Assembly (NCBI GenBank): GCA_036172245.1
Contig: JAYWIR010000014.1
Span: forward strand, 4,154,001 to 4,218,000
Direction: 5' to 3'
Source of the DNA: Raillietiella orientalis
Taxonomy: Eukaryota
Length of the DNA stretch: 64,000 nt
The position numbers and the translations under genes are program-made. This document shows positions 62,330 through 64,000 of the stretch, in pieces. The notes below the pieces were generated by a model, which did not search any database, was not told where the DNA came from, and saw nothing but the letters and a program-made list of their open reading frames with translations. Each line of letters opens with the position of its first letter. Position 1 is the first letter of the stretch.

Positions 62330-63600
62330 AGAAAACACGGGGGCTCATGAGTCACGAGGGTTTCTCCTCAGCTCCCACCACGGGGGCACCGGAAACTCGC
62401 TGCTTGCTGCTCATCTTGTCCTCTGACCCGGAATTTGTCGTCATTGCGCGCTCTGGTCATGCTAAACTCACACCATCCTCTTCTTTGTGTGTTCTGCCAC
62501 CGAGCAAAGGAGCTGGGTCCAGGGTCGCCGTCTTCGGGTCGTGTCTCAGGCTCCCGGCTACCACTTGTGCTCGCGCCGACCCCGGTGCTCTGCGAACGGA
62601 ACGGCTGCATGCGGTCTCCTTGCTTTGCCGCGCTTCTTGCAGCGCCCTTGCCGAGGTCTCGTGCGGGCAGTACCCATCCCTTCTCGGCTTTCGCTCGGAA
62701 GCAGCGGGACTGGAAAGGGAAGCCTCCAGTCACCTCTCGGATTTGGGTGACTGGAGGCCGCTTTCCCTACGTCACTTCCCCCCGATCGGGAGGATCAGAT
62801 GAAGGTGGAGCTCTGCACGCAGGAATTCAGAGAAATCGTTGAGGACTTCCTCGAGCACCAAGGGCTTTCCTCGTATCGGACCCGCACCGTTCCTTGCAGC
62901 CATCAGCTGCAGCTTCCGAGTTACACTGTGAACCTGCTTGAGAGAGCTTTATGGTCGTCCTGCCCGAGGGCCGATGCTTTGCCACTCGAAGACGAGGTGT
63001 GCCTCGCCCTGGCCGTGAGCTCCAGCTCAGTACAGGCCGCCCCCCTTTCCGTACAAGGGAAGACAGCTGCTCATCGGGAAGAGCCAAGAGCTTGCAAAGG
63101 TCGGAAGGGAAAGGGGAACAGTCAGGAAGAGCAAAAGCAGGCACAATGCAGTGGACAATCCACGCTCTCGCTTTCATTCCACAGCATCCCTTCATCGCGT
63201 GCCGCGTTCCCACTTGACAGAATGAGGATTTATGGAGTTTGTCCCCTCTTAACGAGGTCGGATCTCTCTCCGCGCATTTGCGAGGCGCGGGAGACTCCGC
63301 CGCGGACATCCGCGCCATGCACTCGTATTTTGCCCTCTGACCCCGGGAAAACTGAACCATCATGGGGTCACAGGCGAGCAACCCATCAGAAAAAAGTTAG
63401 GAACTCCTCCGGATGGATTGAGTTCGCCGTGCTGAGGCGTCGGAGCCGAGAGGAAGCTTTCCGGGAGCGAAATTGTAGTCCGGTCGTCCTTCCGCGTGTG
63501 ACTCGTGAAGAGACTGCGACCAACCGAAGGCTCAGCGCTGTCGGTGCTTTTGCGGAGTCGGCAAAAATGAGCTCGCACTCTCGCACTCAGAAAGATAAAT
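62330..63600 (+). mobile_element. I/Nimb-type AP-endonuclease remnant
   Basis: SCGQYP, LGDWRP (LGDFNA), REIVEDFLEHQGL..TVNL, PSW (PWW), in the expected order. Confidence 0.45.
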
Positions 63601-63697
63601 AATTCATGAGAAGATGCACGCTGAGCAACGGAAAACTCGAGTTCCTCGTCCCTGCTCTCTGCTTAAGGCATAATAAAATTCCTATTGCTTCCTACAT

Positions 63698-63745
63698 CTT
63701 TGATGAGGTCATCAAAGTCCACCAAAGAGGTGGACTTTGATGAGG
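63698..63745. repeat. Nested inverted repeats
   Basis: ctttgatga-gg-tcatcaaag overlaps tcatcaaagtccacc-aaaga-ggtggactttgatga; ctttgatgagg is repeated directly at both ends. Confidence 0.9.
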
Positions 63746-64000
63746 AAAGCTGTGGGTACTTCCCCCCGCTTTGCTTTACAACGGCTCTCCAGGATTCGCC
63801 GAAGAGCGCTCTTGGCGTAACAGACAGGTAGGCCTTCTCTCATCATTGCGTTCTTGAAGTTTTTATGACACTCGCATGACCTGCAGTGGTCTCGTGCTTG
63901 CTATTTATTTAGGCCTGCTCACCTCTCTTTTTTCAGCGCCTTTTTGAGAGGCTGCTTTTGCGTTGGCGAATGAAGCAGTTCCGTTTGCTCGCCTCTCCTC

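Noticed and set aside
57000..63600. Many long overlapping ORFs (up to 311 aa) as novel genes
   Set aside because: Explained by high GC (few stops) and by decayed LINE frames.

Overview
Eukaryotic (metazoan, probably invertebrate) genomic DNA. I can support no intact protein-coding gene; the ORF track is almost all spurious frames or fragments of decayed sequences. The window is a dense graveyard of degenerate, partly nested transposons: Tx1/L1-type LINEs (at least six 3' ends), I/Nimb-type LINEs, two or three RLE-type (NeSL/Utopia-like) elements, and Ty3/Gypsy, piggyBac and Tc1/mariner remnants. Among them are decayed host-gene remnants: an Apaf-1/Dark-like CARD-NB-ARC-WD40 gene (~33.6-39.8 kb, -), a tandem tyrosine-kinase gene (~17.8-19.7 kb, -), a CRAL-TRIO gene (~40.3-41.3 kb, +) and a PDZ fragment with an A-rich tail (~28 kb, -). 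The sharpest signals are a 33-nt U2 snRNA 5' fragment flanked by a 9-bp direct repeat inside a Utopia/NeSL-like element, a TTAA-flanked piggyBac-type MITE, a perfect 26-bp hairpin, a 61-bp tandem duplication, and a LINE inserted into another element's zinc knuckle with a visible TSD. All protein-family calls come from manual motif reading across stops and frameshifts against remembered consensus sequences, with no database search. Boundaries of decayed features are approximate.
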